NCBI RefSeq assembly: GCF_902459465.1
Contig: NC_047062.1
Coordinates: forward strand, 24,304,001 to 24,368,000
Length of the DNA: 64,000 nucleotides
Origin: Asterias rubens
Taxonomy: Eukaryota
Reading direction: 5' to 3'
Below are positions 50,790-64,000 of this stretch, one piece after another. The position numbers were made by a program, and so were the translations under genes. Numbering within the stretch: position 1 is the stretch's first letter; every line of letters starts with the position of its first letter. The notes beneath the pieces were generated by a model. The model was not told where the DNA came from, did not search any database, and saw only the letters and a list, made by a program, of their open reading frames with translations.

Positions 50790-52990
50790 ATTCATCTTTA
50801 CTACCCACATCACTCTATTTCAATGTTGGAAATGATTGCAATCATTTCACACTATCCTCAACATAACCACGACATCGTCACTCAGTTACAGTTTCATTGT
50901 ATAATTGCCATTCATCTTCACCACTGTCACCAAATTCACCTGAATTATCGTCACTCGTCGACACTCACTTCAGCATTGTTATTGTCACTCGTCGACACTC
51001 ACGTCGGCATTGTTATTGTCACTCCTCATCACTCAATTCAATATTGGTATCGTCACTCACTCACTTTTCTTAATGAGTCACCATCTTCTACATTGTTAAT
51101 GTTACTAATCGTTACCCACTTTACCAATATGACTGCCGCTCATCTTCGTCACTCACTCCACAGTTATAATATTCACTCGTCACCACTCATTTTGACATTA
51201 TTGTTGTCTGTCGTAGTCACCACAGTCACCCACTTAATCATTATTACCACCACTTGTTCTTACGAACTTCACCGTTATCATTATCCCGTCTTCATCAATA
51301 TTAGAGTCTCCCGTTTTCTCATCGTAATCGCCACTTTTCGTCACAAACTCACTCATCTGTTCTACCGTCACTCACTTCACAGTTGTCATTATTGTCATCT
51401 CGTCGCTCACTTAAATATTGCCATTCATCGTCACTCACTTTAGTATCATTATTGTCACTCACTATCCATCTCCACAGTCACTCACTCCACTATTTTGTAT
51501 TGTCACTACTCGATACTCACTTAGCCACTATTATTTCCATTCCCCGTCACTTACTTAAATTCAATTAATCTTGTTTCTATCACCAAGAGTGTAATTCAAA
51601 AGCTCGCATACAGTAAACAAATATCGAAGCTTTCACAATTGCTTCATTCCTCCCCATCACGATCATTCGTATAGTCTCGTTACTCTTCGGCACTCACTTC
51701 AGTATTATCATTGTCACTACTCGTCACTCACCATCTTCTTCAACTAAACCGCCTCAGTAATTACCGTCACTCGTAGTCTCATCACTCATCGGCACTCACT
51801 TCATCATTATTATTGTCACTACTTGTCACTCACCATCTTCTTCAACTAAATTGCCTCAGCATATACCGTCATTCGTAGTCTCATCACTCATCGGCACTCA
51901 CTTCATCATTATTATTGTCACTACTCGTCAATCACTTATCTTCACCAACTAAACTACCTCAGCTTTATTACCGTCATTCGTTGTCTCATCACTCGTTTTG
52001 GCACTAACTTCATCATTATTATTATTGTCACTACTTTTCACTCACCCATCTTCTTCAACTAAACCGCCCAGCAATTACCGTCACTCGTAGTCTCATCACT
52101 CTTCGGCACTCACTTCATCGTTATTATTGTCACTACTCGTCACTCACTCATCTTCACCAACTAAACTACCTCAGCTTTATTACCGTCATCCGTTGTCTCA
52201 TCACTCGTTTCGCCATTCACCTCATCATTATTATCGTCAATACTCACTCATCTTCAGCAACTAAACCAGCTCAGCATTATCACCGTCACTCCTAGTCTCA
52301 TCACTCTTCGGCACTCACTTCATCATTATTATTGTTACTACTTGTCACTCAGTCATGTTAAACCACCCCGGCAATATTACCGTCACTCGTAGTCTCACCA
52401 CTCTTCGGCACTCACTTCATCATCGTCACTCACTCATCTCAAGCCTTGGCTTAACTTGACAGCATCATACTCTTTTTATTTTTATTTTGGTCAACATAGA
52501 TCAGCCTATTCCCTTCCATCTTCACAGCTTCTATCTTATTTTGCTTCTACATATGTTATATTTTGAAAAGAGTATGAAACAAAATTGACTTGAATTGAAA
52601 AAAAAAAACTTATTTGAATCTTCTCCCCGTCACTCACTTCATCAACATTGTCACTACTCGTCACTCACTTAACCATTATTGTTATAATCTTCACTCATCA
52701 TCACTCAATTCATCATCACTCACTCATCTTCTCCACAGTCACTCAAACCATTTTCAATAGACATTTATCACGGTGCAGCCATCTTGAATTTCTCCCATTG
52801 ATACAAAGTTTACCAAACCGAGGCTGGAAGAACAAACAGTCTGGTTCCTTATTGCAAGATTATAATTAGCATTCATTATAGTTGTTCGATACGGGGAACA
52901 ATACCAAGATGAACTCAGCATGATAAACGTTTATTGTCACTCCTCGTCACTCACTTCAGTACTATTATCGGCTTCATCGACGCGTCGTCT
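50790..52990. repeat. TCAC/CAT-rich satellite; core 51680-52440 is about 7.3 copies of a ~103-bp unit, with degenerate flanks
   Basis: CGGCACTCACTTCA-type unit starts at 51688, 51790, 51892, 51999, 52104, 52211, 52309 and 52406; strongly G-poor on the plus strand. Confidence 0.9.
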
Positions 52991-53289
52991 TCCTCAGTAT
53001 CGTACATATTGCAATCTTTCTTGCTTATAGTATTGTTGGCAATTGTATTGTCATGATAACAAATGTCCATTTCATATCTTTAACACCACCTCACCTCTTT
53101 GCAACCCGCCTTGGTTCATTAAAATTAATTTACATTTAAACTGACAAATCTTTAATTATCGTATCTCAAATACTAGGTAGGCCGAATTTAATGTTCATTA
53201 CTGCGTTTACTATAAATGTTTGGAGCAATTTTTCTTCTTTTCTGAGATTTTTTTTATCAGAGACAATGCATACAAGCAAGTCTACGCTC

Positions 53290-54250
53290 ACCCAAGCGAC
53301 TTCAACGGTATCACGTATCACCGGGAGCTGTCCCTAGCGCCTGGACAGAGATAACAGGCCTGGACGACGAGACTTTCCATCCGGTCTGAAAGATTGCCCG
53401 CGAGTCCCGCTTGCCCCATGGTAAATTAATAAAATAAATATGATGTTCAGAGCGGGGTGTTTCTCTATCGGGCAAAATCATGAGCATCATGCACCTCATT
53501 ACTGTACAGGTAAATGGCAGTCCGGCCCCCAACGGTATTCATTTCTCCCCTGTAGATTCGGTTTCATTTGCCGTGCACTCGACGACTGTTGTACAAAATA
53601 TGTTATGCTCTTTAAATCTGAGCATGCAAAGCGATATGTTTATCAAAAGCTGTAGATCCAAACAGTGTATATTATTAATGAACCGTTGATCAAGATAGTA
53701 GTGGCAAGTTATTGAAGATACCATAACCTCTCCTCCCATCCCGATGTGTCTTAAAGACACTAATTTAACACATACAACGGCCGTCGGTATTCGTGCAGCT
53801 AAAATGGTGACAATAATTATAAGACCCCATATTCTACCCGGAAACTGCCCGCTGTCCTAACCACGCCATTAGCTCGGGAAACCGATAGTGTAAATTACGA
53901 CAGTTGTATTTGGTCGTCCGCTCGGCTCGGTTGTCTATCTCTATATGCCGTTTGTGTGGGCTGATATAATAAGTGAGATACAGCAATCACAAAAACCCAG
54001 GTGGTCTGTATTAAATCAGGTAAATGGAATAGACGCTTGCATGTGCCAACTGTCGCATTTAGTAATGTTTGCAGCGAGACAAAATTACTTCATCCACGCA
54101 CAGGAACCCAAATTGGCTGCAACTTATCTGTTTACTTCTTGGGGTAAATAACCGAGCCTAATACAAACACGGTGAACAGAGAGCCAAAATGATTGGCTGA
54201 TTGTATGAATTCAACTAAACTCAAGTCACTCACTTTACAGCGGACCATTA
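53290..54250. promoter_or_regulatory. Candidate downstream enhancer(s)
   Basis: GC/CpG-richer non-coding islands with TAATTA/ATTA cores; function inferred only. Confidence 0.3.
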
Positions 54251-54519
54251 CTCTCAATGTCATTTCCATTTCTATTTCCGAACTGCAATAACAAAGCATT
54301 TACTTTATATGAGCACGTACGGTTAAACATAGCACCTCAAGAGTACAATAAGTCTCTGCCTTTCACACATTAATGCTTAATTATAAAACTTGATTGAAAT
54401 CAGTTGGTTGCCTGTAGGGAGGGTCACGTACAACAACTGCTGTGCCACGCGTTTTGGCACATTTTATAATCGCCCATCGAGAATCCAAATATTCGGTGTA
54501 TACCAGTCGTTTCATCTCA

Positions 54520-55660
54520 CTCCCAAATTCAAAGAGTACACACTATATGCTGCATCCAAATTGTGTTGTGTAATTCAAATCTTGCATTCATTAGAATTGA
54601 CACAAGACAACAACAGACTGCCATTTTACTCCGTGCCGGGCAGACCCTATTTGGGGGTTATGATTTCCTCACACTTGTTTGCATGTCACTGAAATTTAAC
54701 CAGTCCAAAGTAGTTTGCAGCATTCATATACACATTAAAGAGAGTTCACTTATTTGTACAAATAGAATAATTCCTAGAAATGTTTCAGCTTCGTATAATA
54801 ATAAGCTAACAGGGTTCAAGCTTTGAACTGAAGTAAATTCAGTAAGCATCCGGGTCATGTGAAATGTCGAACATTTCCGAATTTTCTCAAAAATTCACAA
54901 GAGTGTGACACAATGCTGCATCCAAATTGTGTAATGAAAATCTTGACAAGCTTGATTTGAACTGAAGTCATTCCAGTGAAGCGTTTAGGTTGGGAAGTGT
55001 TCCAAATGTTCTAGTATTGTCTCAAAAGCTCAAAGAGGTTAGACACTATGTTGCATCCGAATTGTGTGAGGCAAATCTTGCATTCTAATTAGCAAGCTTA
55101 GGCCTATACATTTTGAACTGAAAACATTCTATAGTAAAGCTTCAGGTCGGAGATTGTTCCAAGTGCCTGCATTTGTTCAATTACTTAAAGAGTTACATTC
55201 TAAATTAACAATATTCCCGATTTGAGCTGAGGTCATTCTTCCAAATCATACAGGTCTCGAAATGTCCCCAATGTTCCTGTAATTGTCATAGTGTAGACAC
55301 TATGTTGCATCTATCGTGTAATGCAAATCTCGGCATTCTAAAGTAGCAAGCTTCTACATTTGAATTGAAGTCTTTCTAGTAAAGTATTCAGGGCCCAATT
55401 TCATAGAGCTGCTAAGCACAAACATTTGCTTAGCATGAAATTTCTTCCTTGATAAAAACAGGATTACCACCCAAATTTCTTCTTGTTGCATATATTGCTT
55501 GTTACTGGTATTCAGCTGTAGTTTGCTCATCCTGAAAATCACGTGGAATTTTCGGTGGGTAATCCTGTTTTATCGAGGCAGAAATTGCATGCTAAGCAAA
55601 TTTTTGTGCTTAGCAGCTCTATGAAATTGGGCCCAGGTCGGGAAAATGTCCCCAATTAAA
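54520..55660. repeat. Degenerate ~120-140-bp tandem repeat (about 5 copies), interrupted by a Harbinger MITE
   Basis: Recurrent GACACTATGYTGCATCCRAATTGTG...CAAATCTTG...TTTGAACTGAAG blocks. Confidence 0.65.
55389..55636. mobile_element. Palindromic Harbinger-type MITE, copy 3
   Basis: CAG TSD on both sides. Removing it restores TTCAG|GTCGGGA, matching a neighbouring repeat unit (TTCAGGTCGGAG). Confidence 0.85.
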
Positions 55661-56129
55661 ATGTCTGTTAAATTACCCACGATTGGAATAAAGTCCGCAT
55701 TTGTGAGAGGTACACTAGACATATCTGCCAGTACAAGGGCTTGAGTAGTTCTCTTGACGAGCTGGAGTGACACTCATGGTACACATTTATCGCGCATTAA
55801 AGATGTTGTTTATTGCCAACCACAATTTGTCCAACCCAATTCATTAAGACTTCACCTGTCCACTAATGAGGAGAAAACAATCTAGACGATTAACAAGTAC
55901 GAAAACAACCGTTTAGAATCAATGAACAGTTTATCAATTGTATATCATTACCCATCCCCCTTCTCAAATGGTTCATCAAGTCCTATGTTTAATTCGGTGT
56001 TTAAGAAGAAGCCCATCCGTGTTCTAATTAGCGTGTCTAACAACCCTGTCCGTTACATTTGAGATCCAAATTTGACAATTGACACTAATGTCTATAATGT
56101 CGTTATAGACATGATTAAACTAGTTGTAT

Positions 56130-56465
56130 TTAAAGGCACTGAACATTTTCAAAGACCAGTATTCTCACATGGTGTCTCCCAACATTTGCATAAAACAACA
56201 AATCTGTGAAAAATTTGACTCAATTGGTCATCGAAGTTGCAAGAAAATGGAAGAAAAACACCCTTGTTGCACAAAGTGTGCTTGAAGATGCATAAAAAGG
56301 GCTTCAGGCCAGAAGTCTTTCAATATTTGATTGAGAACATAGCTTTTTCTAAAAAAAACTCCGTTACTTCAGAGGGAGCCGTTTCTCACAATGTTTTATA
56401 CTATCACCATTTCCCCATTGCTTGTTACCAAGTATGTTTTTTATGCCAACAATTATTTTCAGTAT
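56130..56465 (+). mobile_element. Kolobok/T2-type MITE subfamily B, right end lost
   Basis: Starts TTAAAGGCACTG; central GGCTTCAGGCCAGAAGTC. Confidence 0.7.
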
Positions 56466-56538
56466 ATTAATATAAGTGTTTATTTGAGTTTGGAAATTCT
56501 TATCGTTTTGCTTTCTTTATTACATGATACATTGTTTG

Positions 56539-56869
56539 TTAAAGGATTTGGGTACTTTTTGTAACACAAACACAATGTCCACAGACTACTTAAACTTACA
56601 CCGTTTGAAGATAATGATAGTAGAAGGCGTACCTTAAAATATTTGTTGCTGAGGTGCTGTAGTTTTTGAGAAATTAGTTAAAACAATGTCATGATCACCG
56701 AGATGAAAATTATTTTCATAACATTGTTTTACCCATTTCTCAAAAACTACATTACCTCAGCAAGTAAGATTTTCAGGGAAGCTTTCTACTATCATTATCT
56801 TAAAATGTGTAAGTTTGTAAATCTGAGGACATTGTGTTTTGTGTCCTAAAAAAGTACATAGACCTTTTA
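56539..56869. mobile_element. Second TTAA-flanked MITE family, almost wholly palindromic
   Basis: TTAAAGG...CCTTTTAA with long imperfect arms (ACAATGTCC/GGACATTGT, GATAATGATAGTAGAA/TTCTACTATCATTATC, GTAGTTTTTGAGAAAT/ATTTCTCAAAAACTAC). Confidence 0.75.
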
Positions 56870-59800
56870 AACGCATTCACAAACTTTAAGTCAAGCATTT
56901 TGGCTCTGCTTTTTCTTCTTCGGGTATTTGTTATCAAATCCTTTGGGAAGTGAGAGTAGTCTGAACTGAAGACGCTGGATTAGAGAAACTTATTTTAGAG
57001 GACGTAATTCCCCACATAATGCTTATACGCAGATAAATGCAGATTTGTCTGCAAACATGGTTTGCTGCAAACACCCTACAACATCTTTAATTCTGGGTGG
57101 AAAGAAAACTTCAGGCCATCTTACTCTGAATAATTAAAGACGTTAAAGCAAGCTTGCATGTATTGTCTTAACCGTGCTGCACCGATGGAAAATGAAATGA
57201 GCAGATGACAAGGCGGGTAACTTTTGTGAAAACGGTCAATGAAACAACGCTTGTTTATACCAATCCTATACAATTAATTAACCATTCAAAAGAGGCAAAA
57301 TGCTGTAACTGAGGTTTGTTTGATATCATGGTAACCCTCTTTCTGCCCACTTTGGAACCACGGTCAATCCGAAGGCAGAGCCTATAATAATGCACGCTCC
57401 AAATTGAAATAATATACACACTCCATATAACCAACCCGTGGAAATGTCATCAAATTTTAAGAGAAAACAAAACACAGAAAAACAGTAAACATTTGGCAGG
57501 TATTTTGTCTACACAGCCAACCTAAGTGTTTACTTCGATTAAATTGAGAACAAGAACAAGTGGGTGTTTTAAAACACTTTTATCACATTAAGGTAGTATT
57601 TTAGATGACACCAGAATACGGTTGTTGATGAGCAAATTCGGCAAATGATAATTACTTCAAGTTGCCTTACGAGGACTACGCTTGCCAGCACACAAAATAT
57701 TCATGAAACTCCCTTTTCTCAGACCTTATGCATGACAATTCAGACATAACAATACTGCTAAATATGTTCCCTTCGCTCGCATAATTAAACCATAGAGTTA
57801 GATTAAACATACAAACACAATGACCCTATCCCCAATAAAAAAAAAATAGCCCGATGGACAACCATGGATGAACCATCTTATAATGTCGAGGAAGGGATGT
57901 ATTTAGAGCGATTTCACAGCAGGGGGTTCGTCTGTATAGGGATATCACGACAAGAGAAGCCGAGGTTTTCACTACCGCGAGCGTCTGAGGACCTTGGGCC
58001 GTCTACAAATCGCCTCGCGCCCGTGTCCTATGAGGGTGTCAGCCGGTGATAACCACCGCGTGTTTTATAGACGACTCACAATTTTTAAGACAAACACAAG
58101 GAGCGCGTGATACACGGCCACAGCCGTACCAATCATTAAGCGATTCAAACACAAACAATACAAAGTGATTAAGTTTGTCAAAGCTCTGAAAGGGGATCAT
58201 GAAAAGTAGTAATTAAAAAAGCAAATTGAAACCTATGGTTATTGAGGTGATGTCCTAGCCTCAATTGTGCAGACACTCGGCATGGTATAACGGTACTGCG
58301 ATGAATCTTATGGTGCTTGCATTTGGCTGGGGCAGTATGTTGCCCCCGTGTACGGAGAATAACCTTCTAGACGACATTTTTATGGAGATCAACTAATTTC
58401 CACTCAACAAGTAAATACTCAGAACGATCATACAGATCTAACATTCTGGAAAGTGTTTCATGCGAAATCGTGCACCATTACACTGGCCGAGTGAAAGTTG
58501 GAGTGAAAGTGGCTCTTCATTCTTTAATTTAGTGCGAATTCATAACAATTCTAGTAGCGCCCTTTTACCTAGATCTTCGGAAAAAAAACACACACAACCC
58601 TGCTTGACTATAGGCCGGAAATATAACATGACACATGACAAACCAAGTTCGTCAAAAATACGCTGAGGGTTCGGATGTTGCATTCAAGTTCACACTATGG
58701 GCCAGTCTATATTACACTTGAATGATTGTTATTAATAGAAGAAAAGTTCATAAAACTAACTTGACTAACACCTTTTAATATCCCCAAACCGCGTCTTAAT
58801 GTTGGTTCATCTTCAAGACAATCTATTGTCTCCTCTCAATACACAAACACGTGGACTGTTTGGTGATTAGGGAATTCTACCAATGAGAGGCAAATAGATT
58901 AGATTGGAAGACACTGACACTGAAGTGGAAATACTCCGTGTATCTCGTCTTAATGCTTGACTTATTGTTGTCTTCCACGTGTCACAAACTCTTCACAGTA
59001 AAACAAGGCTGAAGACAAGACCATCAACTCGTCTAGGAGCTGTGAAGAGGGTTGTGATCATGTCATGTGTGCGCTCTGCTGCTCCGTGATGAAAGAAAAA
59101 CTCGACAATATGAAAATGACAATCCAAGCTGATATCGGCAAATGATCTATGCATTTATCCTCACTAATCCAAGCCCCACAACTGTTGCCCGGCTTTCATG
59201 AGTCCGGACTCCCATGGCGAGCTGCCGGAGCCTGTCACTTTGGGCCCGGGGTCTTCTTCTACCGAAGCCTCGGCATACTTGTCCTCTTTAATTTGGTTGT
59301 CACAATCGCAAATCGTTCTTTTGTGGTAGGTACAATGGCTCAGCCACCTGCACCGCTCTATTTTGTCCATTCCTTATTGTTTCCCTAAAGTGGAGACGAT
59401 CTACGCGTAAAACGGGGGCCAAAACAGACCCAGCGGGTGGCCCCGGGATATGATCGCGTCGCAAAGATTGGTTTTTCTTCTTTTCTTGGACGCTGTATAC
59501 AATACCAAACGGCCAGAGAAAAATGTAAACAAATTACCGGATGGGTAAGAATATTTCTTTTTACGTGAATGTGATAAACGTTAGCTGTATGTACTCGAGG
59601 GTTTATTTGAAACTGTATGATCTTTCTGAACGATTTCATCGCGATTCAGTGCTTTATGTTGGTTCTAATTGATAGCATTAAGAACGACAGTATATGTTTT
59701 AGACCTTGCTGTGAAAATATTTTCATCACCAATTAAAACCATTTAGAGATTAAAGAAAAGAAATTGTTTACGTCGTGAAGAAACAGTCTTGGACCTATAA

Positions 59801-59870
59801 ACAATGTATAAAAACTCATAAAACTAAACAAAACACGTGTTAATTTACAAGGTAACGTAATCACTAACAA

Positions 59871-60183
59871 GAAAACAGATTTATTGGCTAAGCAAGAGGA
59901 TCGTAAACACAGGCAACTGAACCATAATATAAAAACAATTAAGATTATATTTCATGCTACTTCGCTACGGCTCATACGCATGAAAAACAGTTTCAGTCTA
60001 TTGGACAACGAATAATAAAACACACTTTTAAGACAACAGACATTTTAAGTTTCTCAGGTTTAATAAAGGATGGGGATGTGCTGGTGCTAGATCGAACTAT
60101 GAACGAGAAAACAGATTTGTTGGCTAAGCAAGAGGATCGTAAACACAGGCAACTGAACCATAATATAAAAACAATTAAGATTA
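59871..60183. repeat. 77-bp direct duplication (59871-59947 and 60107-60183)
   Basis: GAAAACAGATTTRTTGGCTAAGCAAGAGGATCGTAAACACAGGCAACTGAACCATAATATAAAAACAATTAAGATTA x2, with one mismatch. Confidence 0.9.
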
Positions 60184-60238
60184 GATATTGATAAACACAT
60201 CAGACGAAGTTTTTATTCAATCTAGAGTTAGTTATGGC

Positions 60239-60785
60239 CTTAAACATACTGTACACTAGTGGTAATTGTCAAAGACTATCCATAAAAAAGAGGAAAAGAG
60301 AAAACCAGGCAAGAAAAAAAAATAGGATAATATAATATGCCTATACTTTTGTACACAGAAAGTGAAGAAAAAAAGAGGAAACTCAAAATCCAACAAGAGG
60401 AAATCAGCTGAAAAGAGGAAGTCTCACATGCCTGAGTCTTCACTTGGTGTATCTCATCATGTGCATAAAATATCAAACCTGTGAAAATTTGAGCCCAATT
60501 GGTAGACCGAAGTTGCGAGAGAATAATGTAAGGGAAAAAACACCCTTTTCACACGAAGTTGTGTGCTTTTAGATGCTTGATTTCGAGACCTCAAAATCTA
60601 ATTCTGAGGTCTCGAAATCAAATTCGTGGAAAGTTACTTCTTTCTCGAAAACTATACGTTACTTCAGAGGGAGCCGTTTCTCACAATGTTTTATACTATC
60701 AACAGCTCTCAATTGCTTGTTACAAAGTAAGTTTTTATGCTAACAATTATTTTGAGTAATTACCAATAGTGTCCACTGCCTTTAA
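60239..60785 (+). mobile_element. Kolobok/T2-type MITE (family A) with a ~155-bp nested insertion (about 60279-60435)
   Basis: MITE 5' end ...GTCAAAGACTA is separated from GTCTTCACTTGGTG... by purine-rich DNA ending CTCACATGCCTGA; right end GTGTCCACTGCCTTTAA. Confidence 0.75.
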
Positions 60786-60801
60786 AAGATCGGTAATAGC
60801 A

Positions 60802-60970
60802 CATTTTGTTGTCTTAGTTCATGCTATCGAAACAATAGTGGTAACAATACATTTTGTGTTCTCATTTCATGTTATGGAAACAATGGTGGTAACATTTCAT
60901 TTTGTTGTCTTATTTCATGTTATCGAAACACTAGTGGTAACAATACATTTTGTTTTCTCATTTCACGTTA
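60802..60970. repeat. 48-bp minisatellite, about 3.5 copies alternating A-B-A-B
   Basis: CATTTTGTTGTCTTA... and CATTTTGTGTTCTCA... units, both ending GTGGTAACA. Confidence 0.85.
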
Positions 60971-63900
60971 ATATCGAAAACAACTCGATACTTTTAAACT
61001 TTATAAATATCATCTTGGGGTCCTTATGTTTAAGTTCGAATCTAACTTGTTACCAGGTAACATAAGACTCCTCTTTTCACGAAATGTGGACATCCACTCA
61101 CATAACACTAGATCAGCTACTAAAATTTGAGGCTCGGACCACTTTATTTATGAAAACAGTCAGACATCAAGCCCCCTAACTATGGAATCAACTCACCCCA
61201 ATACCTTCAATTAGAACTGTGCACAGCTTCAAAAAATACTTGAAAAACCTACTTTTAACTAGTATCGTTTAAAACGACACCACCTGTAACTACACGCGTA
61301 CCATGATTATCCATTCCAAATTATCTAGTTTTGTAATTTCTTAAGAAATTATGTTCTGTTAATTTTCCTTTTTGTTATCAACTCTCAATAAAAACAGTTT
61401 AATTACAAACAAACATTGTTTTGTGCTATTTTTGCTGTATGCATTATACCTGTCACCATTGTTGATGTTATAAAGTAAAACCAATTAATTTATATTATAA
61501 AGGGTCCAGGCTCTGTACAAGCCTATGCTTTTTCCTGGTGCCCTCCTCTTATCACCCTTTGTTCTTTTTTCTTGTATGTTTTATTATTATTTTGTTGTGA
61601 TATTTGGAAATAAAAAACAAACAAACAAACAAACAAAAGAAAACGGATGTGATTTCGCGAATGAATCGACCAATGGTTATAAACGAACAGTATTTACAAC
61701 GTGTGAAATTTCTCGCCCGTGGCCTTTGTACAAGCCGTTGAATGGGGGTTCCCACTGAGTTATGGAGTATTAACGGTCAACACTCTACAATAACGAGCTG
61801 TGGTTAGAATGGGCCCTGAATATGTGCGAGTCCAAACCCTTGAGTCAATCCAAAGAGTCTTGACTGAAAGGGAACGTGTCAACTGGTCAGTTTGATGAGC
61901 AAGAATATTTCTAAAGTACCTTACCGTTAAAGGTACGCTCAAAAATTTAACCAAACTTTAATAAAAATGTTGTTTTTTTAATTCTTTTTACATGGTAATT
62001 AGACAAGGTACTTTGATTGTAAACATTGTTAATTCGGCTTTTTAAAGTTTTTAAGGCCTGTAATAGCATATGCCTATGTTTTAATTAATGTAAGACTGAA
62101 ATGATAAATCTGTCCAATGCGTCAATTGGCGTATTTGTATGGGTCACGTATTATTCTATACTCTGTCTGTTTGGTGACTCATACCATCATGTGCACACAA
62201 ATTATGCCGTGCCAATAACTTTAAACAACATGAAAGTTGAGAACATACTTTTTAGTTGATTGTAAACAACGTAGATTCACAAAACAGAACCTCCTCTAAG
62301 CAAATAAAGACTCTTTTGATAGCATTGCTTTGTATAATTTGTTATTACCTTTTCCCCTCAAATCTGATTCATGTACCAAAACATGCCCGCTCGCTCTGCT
62401 TAAGTGGGAACACTAACATTATTTTAATACAACATGACTGGTATAATCCGATAGGCAATTCCTTTTATGTCTATTTCATTTTGATTGAATAAAATCTGGG
62501 CTGTTGATGGTCGTTTCGGGCAATTAAAACATAAAATCAATATTCAACCAGATTTGTCCAAGTCGATCAGATGTAACTTTAGACGAAATCGTCATTCCCA
62601 TTTCCACTGCTATCTCACGCAATGGATTAACCGAGGATTAAAGGGACCCCTACCATCTCCAAACCCTCCCCCATCCACTTGATGTCCTCCATCCATCTCT
62701 TGACCCATTGAATCCCATAATAGAAAAAAACACCTCTGTAACATAAAGGGGGCACACGGGAAACTTTTGACATGCACAAATATGTCTGAAAATATTAAAG
62801 TTTTGTTCTGTGCCTTATACACAGCGCTGTATTATCATAATCCAAAGTGTAATAGCATACGGTACAAATGCATCTCCCGGACCCCTGGTTAAATTTAGAG
62901 CTTATACATAGATTTGTGAGGGTTTATTAACATCAACCTTGTAAAAATACAATCTACTATTAAAAACAAATTAAAGGGGTGGAAAACAGCTTAGTAAAAT
63001 AAAGGAAATCCATAATGATAGATTCAGTATAGTAACAGGTACTACTACTACATAATCGCTTTATCAACCTGCTAATTATGTTCTTTTAGAAGGTTATTGA
63101 CCCGCAAATATCTCACATTGCTGTGATCACTTCCAGTATACATCGTTTTCAAAATGGCGTTTAATCGGCAATATACGGAATTGTGAAATACTTCAAGTCA
63201 ATCTTATCTCACACTTGGTTACATAAGGCACAATAGCTCAGTGGGGAACCCAGTAGCAAGTCCGTCAAGCAGATAAACTTGAAACCCCTTGTACTGTATA
63301 GACATAGGCCGTGTGTATACCCGTTGATTGAACTAACCACACCTGTCTTTCTGATAACATCTCAACTATTGCTATACAAGCCATTGAACTAATCAAAGAT
63401 GACCCGAAAATGAGGTCACTCGAATCATGATACTGGTAGGACGCCATAACTTATTCAAATTTATCATCTGTTGTAGACATTGACCCGTACGCATGATTAC
63501 TGTTAGATTTAACCAACCTGCTTTCTGGAGGTTGTACAATGTTTTCACAATTATGAGACAGGTTAACCGGAGTGCTTTAAAAGTGACATTGTCCACGAGT
63601 TATTGTTTTACCTATAGTGTTGACAACTTTATGGTTGTACATCACGCACACAAATCTGAGTAACCGACTCTTTTTTAACAAAAGAGGGGACTCTTCGTGT
63701 ACAGAATCCAACAGTCGATATTGTGTGTTCCGACAAATCATCCTTAACCCATATCAAACTCTAGACAAAGATTCCAGAGAGCAAATATCACCACAGATTG
63801 TGGCCTGGACAAATTCTCCTGACTATATGGCGCTTCACCAGGTAGATAGGAGGTCCTGTGGTGATTATCTGCCGTAGACGAATCGAAACACGTGATTCTC

Positions 63901-64000
63901 ATTGGTTTAGATGTCGTCAATTACAATACACATCATGCAGCTGTGTCATTCGTGCACAACCAATATTTGTAGTAGGTTCGTATAGCAAGCTTTGGGTGTT

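Noticed and set aside
50763-51443. 226-aa His/Ile/Leu-rich ORF
   Set aside because: It is the translation of the low-complexity TCAC/CAT satellite flank; no domain or splice context.
21836-58720. NK2-type sites (TCAAGTG/CACTTGA) as evidence of autoregulation
   Set aside because: About 8 are expected by chance in 64 kb on a rough estimate; the few I saw are not an enrichment.
5182-60759. Recurrent ORFs such as MCAFRCLISRPQ... and ...SNSWKITSFS...
   Set aside because: They are open frames inside the non-autonomous MITE copies; no transposase motif.
50790-60970. CRISPR-like repeat arrays
   Set aside because: Eukaryotic DNA; the tandem units lack unique spacers and there are no cas genes.
63100-63900. 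Short ORFs near the right edge as a further gene or TE
   Set aside because: No recognisable domain or consistent exon chain.

Overview
AT-rich animal genomic DNA, most likely from an echinoderm (probably a sea star; inferred from the NK2.1 protein and the repeat families, not proven). Two protein-coding genes are well supported. (1) The last five coding exons of an unidentified coiled-coil protein gene (+, <3-3779). (2) A complete two-exon NK2.1/Nkx2.1 homeobox gene (+, 35185-35527 joined to 36416-37194, 373 aa) with TN/eh1 motif, NK2 homeodomain, NK2-SD and C-terminal GRTW. NK2.1 sits in a gene desert of at least 57 kb dotted with GC-richer enhancer-like islands. Repeats include about 12 copies of a TTAA-flanked Kolobok/T2-type MITE, three Harbinger-type palindromic MITEs, two tRNA-derived repeat families, a long-hairpin element and several satellites. 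The most interesting observations are: an (MN)8 coding microsatellite next to the homeodomain; a cluster of Pbx/Meis sites upstream of NK2.1; a candidate 5'UTR intron with uORFs; splice-signal evidence for unannotated antisense transcripts (30.0-30.4 kb and 6.8-7.9 kb); a ~220-nt hairpin in the coiled-coil gene 3'UTR; a repeat carrying its tRNA-like module at the 3' end; and a possible decayed DUF5648-like repeat gene. No clearly new multi-gene system is demonstrable from sequence alone. Coordinates were counted by hand, and repeat and island boundaries are approximate.
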